From Acidimicrobiia bacterium (GTDB taxonomy: Bacteria > Actinomycetota > Acidimicrobiia > Spongiisociales > ZC4RG35), in NCBI GenBank assembly GCA_965203555.1, contig CBDBCY010000004.1, positions 2,432,001 to 2,496,000 on the forward strand: a DNA stretch of 64,000 bases, read 5' to 3'. The notes beneath the pieces are model-generated. The model was not told where the DNA came from and did not search any database. It worked only from the letters and a program-made list of their open reading frames with translations. The translations under genes were made by a program, and so were the position numbers. Positions 47,194 to 61,191 of this stretch are shown one piece after another. The stretch's first letter is position 1, and the number at the start of each line of letters is the position of its first letter.

Positions 47194-48728
47194 CCTCTTC
47201 CACCGACAATGTGCTGGTGGTGGATCTGGGGGCCCAGTACGCCCGCTTGATCGCCCGCCGCATCCGGGAGGCGCAGGTTCACTCCGAGATAGTGCCGGCG
47301 CGGATCACCGCATCGGAGGCGATGGCCCGCTCGCCCTCGGGCATCGTATTGTCGGGCGGACCTGCGTCGGTCTATTCTCCGGACGCCGTCTCCATCGATC
47401 CGGGCCTGCTGTCGTTGGGAGTGCCGGTGCTGGGCATCTGCTACGGACACCAACTAATCGCCGATCTGATGGGAGGCAGGGTGGCGGCCACCGGCGGGGG
47501 GGAGTTCGGAAACACCATTATGGAGACCGACTCTCCTTCCCTTCTCCTGGGAGACTTCCCACCGGTCTCCGGTGTCTGGATGAGCCATCGGGATGCGGTG
47601 GTGGCCCCGCCCCCCGGTTTCACGGTGACCGCCCGCACCCCCGGCGCTTCGGTGGCCGCCATGGAGAACCGGGACCTGGATCTGTACGGGGTGCAATTCC
47701 ACCCGGAGGTGACCCATACCCCGATGGGGATGGACGTGTTGCGAAGGTTCCTCCACGGGGCCTGCGGGGCACAGGCCTCCTGGACGGCCGAATCGATCAT
47801 CCGACGAGAAGTAGAGAACATCGGCCGACAGATCGGCGGGTCCCGGGCGGTGTGCGGGCTGTCGGGCGGGGTCGATTCGGCGGTGGCCGCAGCCCTGGTG
47901 CACCGGGCGATCGGCGATCGTCTCACCTGCGTGTTCGTGGATCATGGACTGCTGCGCCAGGGCGAGCCGCAACAGGTGGAAGAAGTGTTCGGCGACAACT
48001 TCTCGACCAACCTGATCCATGTCAAGGCGCAGTCCAGGTTTCTGGACGCCCTGGCGGGAGTGACCGACCCAGAGACCAAACGAAAAATCATCGGGGAGAC
48101 CTTCATCAAGGTATTCGAGGAGGTCTCCGATCGCCTTCCCGAGTGCCGTTTCCTGGTGCAGGGGACCCTTTATCCCGATGTGATCGAATCGGGAGGAGGG
48201 GATGCAGCCGTCATCAAGAGCCATCACAACGTGGGTGGCCTTCCCGAGCACATGCGGCTTGAGCTGGTGGAACCGCTTCGGGACCTCTTCAAAGACGAAG
48301 TGCGGGCGGTGGGAGAACAGTTGGGTCTGCCCGAGGAAATTGTCTGGCGTCATCCGTTCCCGGGGCCGGGGTTGGCAATTCGCATCATCGGTGAGGTGAC
48401 CGCCGAGCGGCTCGACCTGCTCCGCCGGGCCGACACGATCGTCATCGACGAGATACGCCGGGCGGGCCTGTACCGCGACCTGTGGCAGGTGTTCGGGGTC
48501 CTACCGGCCATACGATCGGTGGGTGTCCAGGGGGATGGACGCACCTACGCCTATCCATTGGTGGTGCGGGCGGTGGAAAGCGACGAGGCGATGACCGCCG
48601 ACTGGGCGCGGCTTCCCTACGAGGTGCTTTCGGCCATCTCCCAGCGGGTGATCGGGGAAGTGGAGGGGATCAACCGGGTGCTCTACGATGTCTCGTCCAA
48701 GCCTCCCGCCACCATCGAATGGGAATGA
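47190..48728 (+). CDS. guaA: GMP synthase (glutamine-hydrolysing)
   Basis: [45 protein letters not shown]. Confidence 0.97.
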   Translation: MTSSTDNVLVVDLGAQYARLIARRIREAQVHSEIVPARITASEAMARSPSGIVLSGGPASVYSPDAVSIDPGLLSLGVPVLGICYGHQLIADLMGGRVAATGGGEFGNTIMETDSPSLLLGDFPPVSGVWMSHRDAVVAPPPGFTVTARTPGASVAAMENRDLDLYGVQFHPEVTHTPMGMDVLRRFLHGACGAQASWTAESIIRREVENIGRQIGGSRAVCGLSGGVDSAVAAALVHRAIGDRLTCVFVDHGLLRQGEPQQVEEVFGDNFSTNLIHVKAQSRFLDALAGVTDPETKRKIIGETFIKVFEEVSDRLPECRFLVQGTLYPDVIESGGGDAAVIKSHHNVGGLPEHMRLELVEPLRDLFKDEVRAVGEQLGLPEEIVWRHPFPGPGLAIRIIGEVTAERLDLLRRADTIVIDEIRRAGLYRDLWQVFGVLPAIRSVGVQGDGRTYAYPLVVRAVESDEAMTADWARLPYEVLSAISQRVIGEVEGINRVLYDVSSKPPATIEWE

Positions 48729-48729
48729 G

Positions 48730-50943
48730 ATGATTGTCTCGCATCCACTGCTTGAGGAACTGAACACCGAACAGCAGGAGGCGGTGGCGATCGCCGGCGG
48801 GCCGGTGATGGTGGTGGCGGGAGCAGGATCGGGCAAGACCCGGGTGCTCACTCATCGCATTGCCTACCTCATCCGGGAAATGGGGGTTCGACCCGAGTCG
48901 ATCCTGGCCATCACTTTCACCAACAAGGCTGCCAGCGAAATGCGGGAGAGAGTAGGGGGACTGTTGGGGGCCACGTTGAACAACATGTGGGTTTCCACCT
49001 TCCATTCGGCCTGTGCCCGCATACTCCGCCGGGAAGCTCACGTGTTCGGCTACCGGTCGAATTTCTCCATATACGATCGCTCGGATTCGTTGCGCCTGGT
49101 CAAGCACTGCCTCAACGACCTGGGACTCGACGCCGGCCGGCTGTCTCCCCGAGGGCTGTTGAACAAGATCAGCGGCGCCAAGAACGACCTGGTGGACTAC
49201 GAGACCTTCCTGGACCGGACAGAAGGTCCCGTCGAGGTGGCGGAGGTCTACAAGCTCTACCAGCAGCGTCTGCTGCAGATGTCGGCAATGGACTTCGACG
49301 ATTTGCTCATGGTGACCGTGGAGTTGTTCGGAGCGGTTCCCGAAGTGCTGGAGAAGTACCGCAACATCTTCCGTCACGTGCTGGTCGACGAGTACCAGGA
49401 CACCAATCGCGCCCAGTATCTGTTGGTCAGGGACCTGGCGAGAGGGCATCGCAGCCTTTTCGTGGTGGGGGACAGCGATCAGTCCATCTATGCCTTCCGA
49501 GGAGCCGACTACCGGAACTTTGACCGCTTTGACGAGGACTTCCCCGAAGCCCGGCGGGTGATCCTCAACCGCAACTACCGGTCCACTTCCACCATCCTGG
49601 ACGCCGCCAACGAGGTGATCAGCGCCAATCTTCGTTCCGATCCCAAGGATCTGTGGTGTGACCAGGGACAGGGAGACCGGATAACAGTTCATCAAGGGGC
49701 CGGAGCAGTCCGAGAGTCGCGTTTTGTCGCCAACCGGGCCAGAGCGTTGATGGCTGAGGGCTACAACCCTGCGGATATGGCGGTTTTCTACCGGACCAAC
49801 GCCCAGTCGCGCGCTTTCGAAGAAGCATTGCGCCGAGCCAAGGTGCCATACCAGGTGGTGGGAGCGGTGGCTTTCTACCAGCGCCGGGAGGTGAAGGACG
49901 TGGTCGCCTACCTGCAGGTGGTGGCCAATCCCGACGACGGGGTGGCCCTGCGACGGATCATCAACACTCCCCGCCGGGGTATTGGCCGGACCTCCCTGGG
50001 ACATATGGAGAGGTTCGTCTCCACGGAAGAGGTGAGTCTGCGGGAGGCCTTGGACAGAGCCGATGAGATAAACGGGATCTCGACCAGGGCGCGGAAGGGA
50101 GTAAAGGAACTGTCCGACCTGTTGGCCCGGATCAGAGACCACCTGGAGTCGCACGGTGTGGGCCGGGCCTCGGAAAGCGCCATTTTCGACACCGGACTGG
50201 CAGAGATGGCCACGGCCGAGGGAGGGATCGAGGCGGAGGCCCGTTCCGACAACCTTGCCGAGCTTTCCCGGGTGGCGTATGAATTCGACGCCAACCTCGA
50301 GGAGGATCTGCTTCCGATGGAGCAGTTGGGTCGCTTCCTGGAAGGTGCCTCACTGGTGTCGGATACCGACAACCTGGATGAGGGCGCCGGGGCCGTGGCG
50401 CTGATGACGGTTCACAGCGCCAAGGGACTGGAGTTCCCGGTGGTGTTCGTGGTCGGTATGCAGGACGGATTGTTTCCCCACGATCGCAGTATTTCGGATC
50501 CCGACCAACTGGAGGAGGAACGGCGACTTTTCTACGTGGCTATCACCCGCTCCATGGAGAGACTTCACCTCAGTTGGGACGACACGCGGATGGTGGGCGG
50601 GTTTCCCTATCCGCAAATCCCGAGCCGGTTCCTGCGCGAGATCCCCGACCACTTGGTGGACAACGTCGGCAGGCCGGTTTTCCGGGCCGGCGGTCGGGCA
50701 AGAGTCGGACCGACAGGTCTGCCAGCCTCCGGGGCAGCGGTCCGATCGACGAGGGGCATCGTCCGACGGTCCGGGTTCGAAGTGGGGGACCGGGTGCGTC
50801 ACCCCGAATGGGGAACGGGTCGAGTGCTGACCATCTCCGGCCGGGGGGCCCGCGCCGCGGCCACCATCTTCTTCCCGGGTCTCAAGGAACGGCGGGAACT
50901 GATGCTCACCGCGGTGGAGAAGGTGAGCGGCTTCGGTCCCTAG
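48730..50943 (+). CDS. pcrA: ATP-dependent DNA helicase UvrD/PcrA
   Basis: AGAGSGKT, VDEYQDTN, GDSDQSIYAFRGA, NYRST, HSAKGLEF, EERRLFYVAITR; C-terminal Tudor-like domain. Confidence 0.93.
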   Translation: MIVSHPLLEELNTEQQEAVAIAGGPVMVVAGAGSGKTRVLTHRIAYLIREMGVRPESILAITFTNKAASEMRERVGGLLGATLNNMWVSTFHSACARILRREAHVFGYRSNFSIYDRSDSLRLVKHCLNDLGLDAGRLSPRGLLNKISGAKNDLVDYETFLDRTEGPVEVAEVYKLYQQRLLQMSAMDFDDLLMVTVELFGAVPEVLEKYRNIFRHVLVDEYQDTNRAQYLLVRDLARGHRSLFVVGDSDQSIYAFRGADYRNFDRFDEDFPEARRVILNRNYRSTSTILDAANEVISANLRSDPKDLWCDQGQGDRITVHQGAGAVRESRFVANRARALMAEGYNPADMAVFYRTNAQSRAFEEALRRAKVPYQVVGAVAFYQRREVKDVVAYLQVVANPDDGVALRRIINTPRRGIGRTSLGHMERFVSTEEVSLREALDRADEINGISTRARKGVKELSDLLARIRDHLESHGVGRASESAIFDTGLAEMATAEGGIEAEARSDNLAELSRVAYEFDANLEEDLLPMEQLGRFLEGASLVSDTDNLDEGAGAVALMTVHSAKGLEFPVVFVVGMQDGLFPHDRSISDPDQLEEERRLFYVAITRSMERLHLSWDDTRMVGGFPYPQIPSRFLREIPDHLVDNVGRPVFRAGGRARVGPTGLPASGAAVRSTRGIVRRSGFEVGDRVRHPEWGTGRVLTISGRGARAAATIFFPGLKERRELMLTAVEKVSGFGP

Positions 50944-50960
50944 ACCGGCGACTCGGTCAC

Positions 50961-53465
50961 TTACTCTTCACCGGAATTTGACGGGTCCATTATTCTCGCT
51001 CCGGGCACCTCGATCTCGCTGCTGCGGAACCAGACTCCTACCGGGAGGTCAGCCGGCAGGTAGCGAAGGTCGGGGATGATCGCTTCGCCGTCGGCGCCGA
51101 CGAATCCCACTTCGGTCCGGCCACCGGCAACGGGCCGCGCCCGGATCCTCCCGATTGAATCTTCCTGCACCTCGACACCCCCGCTCACGTGCCACCTTCC
51201 CGCAGGTGCGTCGACACGCAGGAATCGCTGGGTCGGCAGGGCTTGCCGGCCGTCGGCAAACTCGACGCCGTGCTCGATGCGGCCGTCCTCGCCCAACCGG
51301 GCGACTATGCGGAGCCGGTGGGACTCGGGGCCGGATACCGGTGCCGGAAGCGTCTCGGGACGCAGCAGCCTGCGAAGTTGGGAACTGTGGTTGATCTGGA
51401 GGCGTTGGAGGAAGCGCAGGTTCGCCGCGCCGGCCTTCTCCACCGCGCACAGTGCACTGTCCACTGCCAACCCGTGAACAGGCCGGATCGTACGCATTTC
51501 GGCGTCGAGAGCGAGCAACTGGTCAACGTCGGCGGCGTCGGCGGCCTGGAGCGCGTCGCGTAGTGCATCGGCTCCCGGGTTGCAGGCCTGGTCTGCCATC
51601 ATCTTCCGGACGTCGGCATCCTTCCATCCCTCATCGGCGGCCCGGGCCGCGGTGACGATCCCTCCAGCCGTCACCGCCGCCGCGACGACGCTTTCGGCAT
51701 AGGAGACCTGGGAGTGTGTTTCGAGTGCTTCCTCGAACGACAGCGTGGCGCCATTGTCGATCCGCTGCTGGAGCGAGCGCCAGGATGAGGCCATCCAGGC
51801 GAACTCGGAAGATGCCGCAGCGGCTACCTGGAGCACGGAGTCCTCGATCGCGATCGGATTGAGCGCCTCGTCGGCGGCCAGGGAATCGATCATCCCCAAT
51901 GCGCGGGCAGCAGAAGCGTATCGCTGTCCGAACGCCTTGAGCAACGTGTTGGTCGACAGGTTCGCCACGGTGACCGGGGCCGGGTCCCCCTCCTCCGACA
52001 GCGCTGCGATCCCCGGCCGCTCGAACACGTCGTCCAAGACCTGGGTTAGCACCCCCGCCGCATAGATCGCTCTAAGCCGAACCTGCGGATCTACGTTTGC
52101 GTCCGGGTCGGTGGCAGTGCTCACCTCTGTCGTAACCTTCCCGTCGCCATCAGCTTTGGCGGCCACTATGTACCTGGCGCCGTCTACGCGTACGTCTACG
52201 GGCTCGAAGGTCGGACCGCTCAGAACAATCAGGTTCTGCCACAGGCCGTGGAACCCGATTTCTTCACCCGTCCTGTCGTAGGTCACGACTGCCACGAACA
52301 GCCACGTGGGGCCGGACCGATGGAAACTGACCTCGAACGGAGCGATGTCGCTGATCAAAGTGCTGCCCGCGCTCGCCGTACCGGACCCGGAGTGATAAGC
52401 GACTCCGGCTTGCCAATGCCCTCCAACAGGGCCGAGGCGCTCGAACACGCGGGGTCCGACCACGTACAGCACGGCGTAGCCGCCCGCGGCGAGATCGCCC
52501 CCAACGTTCCCGGCGCGGTAGTGGACAAGGAAGGGATCGCCCGCGACCACCTCCGCGGGAACCTGCGCCTGCTCGATCTTCAACTGGGCGCGCTTGCGTT
52601 CCGCCTGCTCGTCAACCAGGTGGACAGTGAGGTCGAAGTCGGCTCGCAGGGGTTGGTAATCGCGCTCAAGGTAGGTGGTCGCCTCGATGAAGTAGCCACC
52701 GGCGGGCAGATATTTTTCTATGCGAGAGTTACGGAACTCCCCGCCATCGTCGTTGGCTCCGATTATTCCACCCGATAGTGACGCCAAGGACAACACGGGA
52801 TCGCCGTTCTCCGATGTCAGATCGATACGCACGCGACCGCCCTGCTCAAGGTTGAACGTGTAACCGTGAGCAGGGTGCTCCACGACGAAGCGCGACCCGC
52901 ACGTATCAAGCGTCCAGGATCCGGATGCGGTCAGATCGGCGCCCGCTTCCAGGGTGCCGAGATGCACCGGCTCGCAACCGGAAACGTAGCTGACGGAGAT
53001 GGCGAAGTCCGCAGGTCCCCGGCTCCTGCCGCCGGCAGTCGTTGCCTCGATCACATACGTACCGGGTAGCAGGTCTTGCTCAACGCGGGCATCGATTGTG
53101 GCTCCGCCGTCGTCGTTGTCTGCGAGGCGACTTCCGTCCTCCGCCAGCAGGTAGAGGTATGGATCGCCCCCTGCCGATGTCAGGTCGATCCTGACCCGTC
53201 CTGCCGTAGCGACTCGGAACCGATAAGTGTGGGCGTCACTGTCAGAGCGGAACTGTGAATCGCAGTCTGTGTTCGTCCAACGCCCGATCGCCTCCAACCT
53301 GTTGCTGCTCAGCGTTCCGAGGTCTATGACCTCGCAGTCTGTGGACTCCTGCCCAGACACGGTTCCCGATCCCGGGAGGGCAAATAGACTCGCCATGAGG
53401 GTGAAGGCGATGCACGCCCGGGCCAGTCTGCGCACGCCGGGCCTACCGACGAGGACTCGTCTCAT
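50961..53465 (-). CDS. Secreted protein with two PPC-like domains
   Basis: RBS AGGAGG, signal peptide, repeats VRIDLTS..GDP.L.L...NDDGG....A/SR.E..L.PG.Y.IEATT. Confidence 0.8.
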   Translation of the reverse strand: MRRVLVGRPGVRRLARACIAFTLMASLFALPGSGTVSGQESTDCEVIDLGTLSSNRLEAIGRWTNTDCDSQFRSDSDAHTYRFRVATAGRVRIDLTSAGGDPYLYLLAEDGSRLADNDDGGATIDARVEQDLLPGTYVIEATTAGGRSRGPADFAISVSYVSGCEPVHLGTLEAGADLTASGSWTLDTCGSRFVVEHPAHGYTFNLEQGGRVRIDLTSENGDPVLSLASLSGGIIGANDDGGEFRNSRIEKYLPAGGYFIEATTYLERDYQPLRADFDLTVHLVDEQAERKRAQLKIEQAQVPAEVVAGDPFLVHYRAGNVGGDLAAGGYAVLYVVGPRVFERLGPVGGHWQAGVAYHSGSGTASAGSTLISDIAPFEVSFHRSGPTWLFVAVVTYDRTGEEIGFHGLWQNLIVLSGPTFEPVDVRVDGARYIVAAKADGDGKVTTEVSTATDPDANVDPQVRLRAIYAAGVLTQVLDDVFERPGIAALSEEGDPAPVTVANLSTNTLLKAFGQRYASAARALGMIDSLAADEALNPIAIEDSVLQVAAAASSEFAWMASSWRSLQQRIDNGATLSFEEALETHSQVSYAESVVAAAVTAGGIVTAARAADEGWKDADVRKMMADQACNPGADALRDALQAADAADVDQLLALDAEMRTIRPVHGLAVDSALCAVEKAGAANLRFLQRLQINHSSQLRRLLRPETLPAPVSGPESHRLRIVARLGEDGRIEHGVEFADGRQALPTQRFLRVDAPAGRWHVSGGVEVQEDSIGRIRARPVAGGRTEVGFVGADGEAIIPDLRYLPADLPVGVWFRSSEIEVPGARIMDPSNSGEE

Positions 53466-53902
53466 CTCAAACTCCTCCTGTTTCGGACCGCTGTCAGACA
53501 GGTGCCCTGTGCCGACCGAGAGCCTTGACGATCAGGGCGCTGAGAGCAACCAGCGAAATACTCTGTTCGATCAAAACTAAACACTAGCGCGACTGATTCA
53601 AACTATCTGAACGATACAACCTTGCCGAAAGGTAACGACTCTGCTGACCTCCGGCACCAAATCAAAAGGATTTACATACCAAAGTGGCGGCGCCAAGCCA
53701 TCAGCCCCGGTATCGCCAGTTCTTCTTGGGAGGCGTGGAGAGAACAGCACGGGCGATGTTCTCCGGCGTGTCGGGGATCGGCGGACGCCGCGGTCCAAGC
53801 CAACAATTGGATTACGGAGGAGGCGGCGGGATTCAGGCGCGCTGCTGTGGAAACCGCTTTCCCGTCTACAATTGCTCACTTGTAGCCATCCGACCCCCGA
53901 GG

Positions 53903-55633
<1,731 letters not shown>

Positions 55634-55682
55634 AGTCTGCTCGGACTATCGCCGCCCAACCGATACGAGGAAAGGGTTCAGA

Positions 55683-56795
55683 TCAGGCGAGTTCAACGTA
55701 TTTGGCTCTAATGTGGGTTTGCAGTTCCACGAAGGACTCAGCGAAACTGCGCACTCCCTGTGTTTCCAGGATTTGCACCACGTCCCGGTAGTCGATTCCC
55801 ACTGCCTCCAGTTCCGCCAGCAGACTCCGCGACTGCGCGGTCTCTTCGGGCCCGAAAATTTGGGGCCGCCGGGCGCCGTGGTCGGCATAGGCCTCGATGG
55901 TGGACAGGGGTAGCGTGTTGACGGTGTGGGGGGACACGAGGGTGTCCACGTACAGGGTGTCGGGGTAGGCCGGGTTCTTGGTGGAGGTGGAGGCCCACAG
56001 GGGACGCTGTATTCGTGCGCCACGGGCTGCCAGCCGGTCCCAGCGGTCGCCGGAGAACACCGAGAGGAATTCCCCGTACGCCGCCCGGGCGTTGGCCACC
56101 GCCGCCTTGCCTCGTAAGGCCAGCGCCTTGGGGTCGCCTCGATGTTCCAGGCGCCGGTCCACCTCGGTATCCACCCTGGAGACGAAGAAAGACGCCACCG
56201 AAGAAACCTCCCGCAGGTTCCCACCCACCTGCCAGTAGTCCTCGAGGCCTGCCAGGTAGGCGTCCATAACCTTGCGGTACCTGGCCAGCGAGAAGATCAG
56301 GGTCACGTTCACCGAGATACCCTCGCCGGTCAGTTGGCGGATGGCCGGGATGCCCTCCGGGGTTGCGGGCACCTTCACCAGCAGGTTGGGTCGACTCACC
56401 CGTTTTACCCACTCCCGCGCCTCGGCCACCGTGGCAGGGGTGTCCGCCGCCAATACCGGTGAGACCTCTACGGAGACAAAGCCGTCCGCCCCGCCGGTCG
56501 CGCGGTGAACAGGCCCCAAAACGTCACAGGCGTCGGTGATGTCCCGGGTGATCAATTCGGCGTAGGTTTCGTCGGGATCCGAACCCTGTCGGATCAGACG
56601 AGCCATCTCCCGGTCATAGTCGTTGCTCTTGGTGATCGCCGCGGCGAAGATGGACGGATTGGACGTAACCCCGGTTATATGCTGCTGGCGCACCCGGCGG
56701 GAGAGCTCCCCGCTGTCCAGCATCGCCCGGGAGATCTGATCGGCCCAGATGCTTTGCCCGGCCAGGGTGAGGGCGTGGAGGGGAAGAACTGACAT
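55683..56795 (-). CDS. tal: Transaldolase
   Basis: [56 protein letters not shown]. Confidence 0.95.
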   Translation of the reverse strand: MSVLPLHALTLAGQSIWADQISRAMLDSGELSRRVRQQHITGVTSNPSIFAAAITKSNDYDREMARLIRQGSDPDETYAELITRDITDACDVLGPVHRATGGADGFVSVEVSPVLAADTPATVAEAREWVKRVSRPNLLVKVPATPEGIPAIRQLTGEGISVNVTLIFSLARYRKVMDAYLAGLEDYWQVGGNLREVSSVASFFVSRVDTEVDRRLEHRGDPKALALRGKAAVANARAAYGEFLSVFSGDRWDRLAARGARIQRPLWASTSTKNPAYPDTLYVDTLVSPHTVNTLPLSTIEAYADHGARRPQIFGPEETAQSRSLLAELEAVGIDYRDVVQILETQGVRSFAESFVELQTHIRAKYVELA

Positions 56796-56831
56796 GGGAT
56801 TGATGGTAATGGCGGCTCTACCCTTGGACGG

Positions 56832-57215
56832 ATGAGAAGACGCGTCTTGATTGCCAAAGCAGGTCTGGACGGCCATGATCGAGGGGCCAAGGTGGTGGCC
56901 CGCGCTCTTCGCGACGGGGGACACGAGGTGATCTACACGGGACTTCACCAGACCCCCGGGCAAGTGGTGGCGGCGGCTGTCCAGGAGGATGTGGACGCCA
57001 TCGGGCTCTCTGTGATGTCCGGGGCGTACATGTCGATTTTCCCTCCCATTCTCGATTTGCTGGCATCCTCGGGCGCCGACCACATCGTGGTTTTCGGGGG
57101 AGGCGTGATTCCCGCAGAAGATGTGGAACGACTTCTGGACATGGGGGTGGCCCGAATTTTTGCCCCGGGGGCGTCCTTGGGGGAGATCATCGAATGGGTC
57201 GACAATCACCTGTAG
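56832..57215 (+). CDS. Cobalamin-binding subunit of methylmalonyl-CoA-mutase-type enzyme
   Basis: [26 protein letters not shown]. Confidence 0.92.
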   Translation: MRRRVLIAKAGLDGHDRGAKVVARALRDGGHEVIYTGLHQTPGQVVAAAVQEDVDAIGLSVMSGAYMSIFPPILDLLASSGADHIVVFGGGVIPAEDVERLLDMGVARIFAPGASLGEIIEWVDNHL

Positions 57216-57243
57216 GGGATCTTGAGGACGAGGAACCTGTCAG

Positions 57244-58911
57244 CCTGGATCCACCGGTGGGTTTGGTGGTGTGGGGTGGTGAAATGCTGTGAAGTGCCTC
57301 TCTGACCTGGGAGAATAGCTGTTACCAAACACGGCTATTTGCCCTGGCAGAGGAGGCACTTCTTGTGAAAATGATAACCAGGTTGGACGGGTTGGAGGTG
57401 AGGTTCGACGAGGGGTCGTTGGTGGCCGACGCGGGTCTGCTACTGGCCGGGAGTTTTTTGTCCCGGTTGGGTGTGGAACAGTTGGTGGACGACACCGTGA
57501 ACATTCCCGGCAAACAGGGCGGCGCCCGTCCGGGCCGCAAGATACTGTCGTTGGTGGCGTCGATGCTGCTGGGCGGCACCCATATCGATCATGCCGATCG
57601 GCTGCGGTCTGCAGCCACCCGTAGGGTGCTGCCGTTTCGGGTGATGGCCCCTTTTCACGCTGGGAACGTTTCTTCGTTCTTTCACATGGGGTCATGTCTG
57701 CCAGTTGAACAAAGCCTTGGGACTGCTGCTGGCCCGGGTGTGGTCCCAGCCGGGCATCGGCCCGGGCGACCGTCGGTTGATTATTGATGTGGACTCCACC
57801 ATCTGCGAGGTTCACGGCAAGAAAAAGGAAGGCGCCGTCTACGGTCACACCGGTGTGTTGGGATACCATCCGCTGACGGCGATCGTGTCCGACACCGGCG
57901 AGATTGTTCATCATCGCCTGCGGAAAGGATCCTCGCAGAGAGGAAACACCCGGTTCATAGTCGAGACGGTCAACCGGGTGAGACGGGCCGGAGCGACCGG
58001 TACGATCACCGTCCGGGCGGACAAGGGCTTTTGGTCGGGTAAGACCGTGCAGAAACTGGAGTCCATGGGAGCGGAGTGGTTTATCGGTGTTCGACGATAT
58101 CCCAACGTCAAACGTGCCATAGAGAACATAGACAACGATGATTGGGTGGACATCGGCTACACCCCGGACGGTCAGGCGCAGGTGGCCGAGACCACTATCA
58201 CCACCAAGATCGACAAAGAAGAACACACCCTGCGGGTGGTGGTCAGACGCACCCGCCTCACCGACCGCCAACACCCCCAGTTGCCGATCTGGTCCGACTG
58301 GCGACACCACGCGTTCGCCACCAGCAACCGTGTCCTCGAAGCGGTGGAAGCCGACAGTATGTACCGCCGTCATGCCTGTGTGGAACTGGGCATCCGCGAC
58401 CTCAAACATCACGCCGGACTGGCCCACTGCCCATCAGGGCGGTTCTTCGCCAACGCTGCCTGGACGGCCGCCGCGGTGGCGGCTCACAACCTGTACCGGT
58501 GGATCAACCACCACACCAAAACACCAAAGGGAAAGCTCACCTGCGGTCGCACGGTCCGCACCCGCCTTTTCAACCTGCCCGGAAGAATCGTCAACCACAG
58601 CCACAAACTCCTCCTGCGACTACCCACCCGCTGGCCATGGGCAAACGCCTACCGAACCGCTCTCAACAGCATCCGCACCCTGCCACAACTCTGCTGAACA
58701 ACCCCGCCAGCAACCCAAACCCTCTATCAGGACTGCATCACTCCGGCTGCCGCATACCCCAAAAGCCCCCCACCGGGCCGTTTACACCCCGCAACCCCAC
58801 CGACAGACCCCGACCACCGTCCAAAGAACAAAACCCGCCCGCCAAAACACCAAAAACAAGCCCGATCACACCAACCACACCCACCCAAACCACCCGATCG
58901 GTGGATTGAGG
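57244..58911 (+). mobile_element. Complete IS1380-family element with 5-bp target-site duplication
   Basis: Imperfect TIRs CCTGGATCCACCGGTGGG / CCCGATCGGTGGATTGAGG; GTCAG at 57239-57243 and 58912-58916. Confidence 0.9.
57365..58697 (+). pseudogene. IS1380 transposase, frameshifted near 57652
   Basis: LVADAGLLL...MAP(fs)TLGTFLRSFTWGHV.QL; DVDST, GYHPL, VRADKGF, YRRHA.VE..IRDLK, F.ANAAW. Confidence 0.85.
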
Positions 58912-58953
58912 GTCAGAGAACCATCCCCCGGCCGGGGCTACCATATTCGCCTT

Positions 58954-60174
58954 GTGAACATTCATGAGCACCAGGCCAAGGAACTGCTGGCCTCTTACGG
59001 GGTAGCCGTACCTGCGGGCAGGGCGGCCTTCACTCCTCGAGAGGCGGCCGATGCCTCTGTGGCCCTCCTGGAACAGACCGGCGGTCATTTGGTAGTGATC
59101 AAAGCGCAGATCCACGCCGGCGGAAGGGGGAAGGGTAGCTTCAAGGAATATCCTGATGCGGGGATCGGTGGGGTGAATGTCGTGGCCTCGGGGCAGCAAC
59201 ATCTTATGCGCAAGCGGATGCTGGGACTGGCCGAGAAGATGCTGGGATCCACGCTGGTCACCGTACAGACCGGGCCCGCCGGCAAGGTGGTGAACCGCCT
59301 GCTGGTGGAAGCCGGTGTGAGTATCGCCCAAGAGCTTTACCTGGCCGTCCAACTCGACCGCAAGGTCTCCCGCCCGGTCATTCTGGCTTCCACCGAAGGG
59401 GGAGTGGAGATCGAGAAGGTGGCGGCCGAGTCTCCCGAGAAGCTGGTGACCGAGACCATCGATCCAGCGGTGGGGATCCGCCCTTTCCAGTTGCGGCGCC
59501 TCGCCAACCGCCTCGGTCTTTCCGGCAAGGCGGCTTCCTCGTACACCACACTGGTGGCAAAAGTGGTGGAAGCGGCTGCAGATCTGGACACCGAGCTGCT
59601 GGAGATCAACCCCCTGGTGATTACCTCCTCCGGAGAAGCCTTGGCGCTCGATGCCAAAGTGTCCTTCGAGGACAACGCCCTCTACCGCCATCCGAAAGTG
59701 GCACAGATGCGGGACGAGAGCGAGGAGGCGTCTGCGGAGACGACTTCCCGCAAGGCCGGGCTCAACTACGTGAAACTCGATGGGGAGATCGGATGTATGG
59801 TGAACGGCGCGGGACTGGCCATGGCCACCATGGACATCGTCCAACATTACGGTGGCACTCCCGCCAACTTTCTGGATGTGGGGGGTGACACCGACGCCGA
59901 ACGGGTGGCCACCGGGTTCCGGATCATCACCGCTGATCCGAATGTGAAGGGAATCTTTGTCAACATCTTCGGAGGGATCGTCCATTGCGACGTGATAGCC
60001 GAGGGCGTGCTGGCCGCCACGCGGCAGGTGGGGCTCTCGGTGCCGTTGGTGGTGAGGCTCGAGGGAACCAACGTCGATCTGGGACGCAGAATGATCGCCG
60101 AATCGGGGCTGGACGTCATCTCCGCAACCGACATGGCGGATGGGGCTCGCCGGATAGTGGAGTCGTGTCGATGA
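58954..60174 (+). CDS. sucC: Succinyl-CoA synthetase beta subunit
   Basis: [52 protein letters not shown]. Confidence 0.96.
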   Translation: MNIHEHQAKELLASYGVAVPAGRAAFTPREAADASVALLEQTGGHLVVIKAQIHAGGRGKGSFKEYPDAGIGGVNVVASGQQHLMRKRMLGLAEKMLGSTLVTVQTGPAGKVVNRLLVEAGVSIAQELYLAVQLDRKVSRPVILASTEGGVEIEKVAAESPEKLVTETIDPAVGIRPFQLRRLANRLGLSGKAASSYTTLVAKVVEAAADLDTELLEINPLVITSSGEALALDAKVSFEDNALYRHPKVAQMRDESEEASAETTSRKAGLNYVKLDGEIGCMVNGAGLAMATMDIVQHYGGTPANFLDVGGDTDAERVATGFRIITADPNVKGIFVNIFGGIVHCDVIAEGVLAATRQVGLSVPLVVRLEGTNVDLGRRMIAESGLDVISATDMADGARRIVESCR

Positions 60175-61097
60175 GCATTCTTTGCAACCGGGACACGAGA
60201 CTCCTGATCCAGGGCTTGGGCAGAGCCGGACAGTTTCACACCCGGCAGATAATCGCCTACGGAACCCAGGTGGTGGGCGGTGTTCATCCCCGCCGGGCCG
60301 GAGAGACCCACAGTTTCTCCGGAAAGACCGATCACAGCGGGGTTCCGGGGAGACCCGACGCCTTCGAGGTGGACCTGCCCCTCTTCTCGGGGGTGAGCGA
60401 AGCGGTGGACGCCACCGGCGCCAACTCCAGCCTGATATTCGTCCCGCCTCCCTTTGCGGCCGATTCGATCATGGAGGCGGCCGATGCCGGTGTGGAACTG
60501 ATCGTTTGCATCACCGAAGGAGTGCCGGTCAATGACATGGTGACCGTCAAGAGCTACCTGCAGTCGCGAACCTCCCGCTTGCTGGGGCCCAATTGCCCGG
60601 GGGTGATAACTCCGGGAGAGTGCAAGTTGGGGATAATGCCCGGTTACATCCACAACCCCGGAAAAGTGGGGGTGATCAGCCGCTCGGGAACCCTCACCTA
60701 CGAGGCCGTGTATCAGCTCACCAACCTCGGTCTGGGGCAGACCACCGCCCTGGGCATCGGGGGCGATCCGGTGAACGGCACCAGTTTCGTGGACGCCCTG
60801 CGTCTGTTCGAGGCCGACCCGGCCACCGAGGGGGTGCTGATGATCGGTGAAATCGGCGGTCCGGCCGAGGAAGAAGCCGCGGACTTCGTTCGCTCGGAGA
60901 TGACCAAGCCGGTGGCGGGGTTCATCGCCGGGCTCACCGCCCCACCGGGAAAGCGCATGGGCCATGCCGGGGCGATCATCTCCGGCGGGCAGGGGACCGC
61001 GCAGAGCAAAATCGAGGCCTTCCGACGGGCCGGAATCGAGATAGCTCCGACTCCCCCCGACATGGGCTCGGCCATGCTGGCCGCACTCCGCCGGTAG
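60171..61097 (+). CDS. sucD: Succinyl-CoA synthetase alpha subunit
   Basis: [30 protein letters not shown]. Confidence 0.96.
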   Translation: MSILCNRDTRLLIQGLGRAGQFHTRQIIAYGTQVVGGVHPRRAGETHSFSGKTDHSGVPGRPDAFEVDLPLFSGVSEAVDATGANSSLIFVPPPFAADSIMEAADAGVELIVCITEGVPVNDMVTVKSYLQSRTSRLLGPNCPGVITPGECKLGIMPGYIHNPGKVGVISRSGTLTYEAVYQLTNLGLGQTTALGIGGDPVNGTSFVDALRLFEADPATEGVLMIGEIGGPAEEEAADFVRSEMTKPVAGFIAGLTAPPGKRMGHAGAIISGGQGTAQSKIEAFRRAGIEIAPTPPDMGSAMLAALRR

Positions 61098-61191
61098 TCG
61101 GAACACCCTTCACCCGGCACGCCGCCCTGGGGTTACTCTTGAATGTCATGGCACCCTTGGTCGGGCTTACCGAGCACCGAGAGGTACGGCC

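Noticed and set aside
53813-53834. Minus-strand GAATCCCGCCGCCTCC resembling a tRNA/tmRNA 3' end (att site)
   Set aside because: Too short, lacks GTTC and CCA, and no integrase nearby.
58138-58953. Apparent 272-aa N-terminal extension of SucC
   Set aside because: Stop-free frame through the IS1380 end; canonical SucC starts at GTG 58954.
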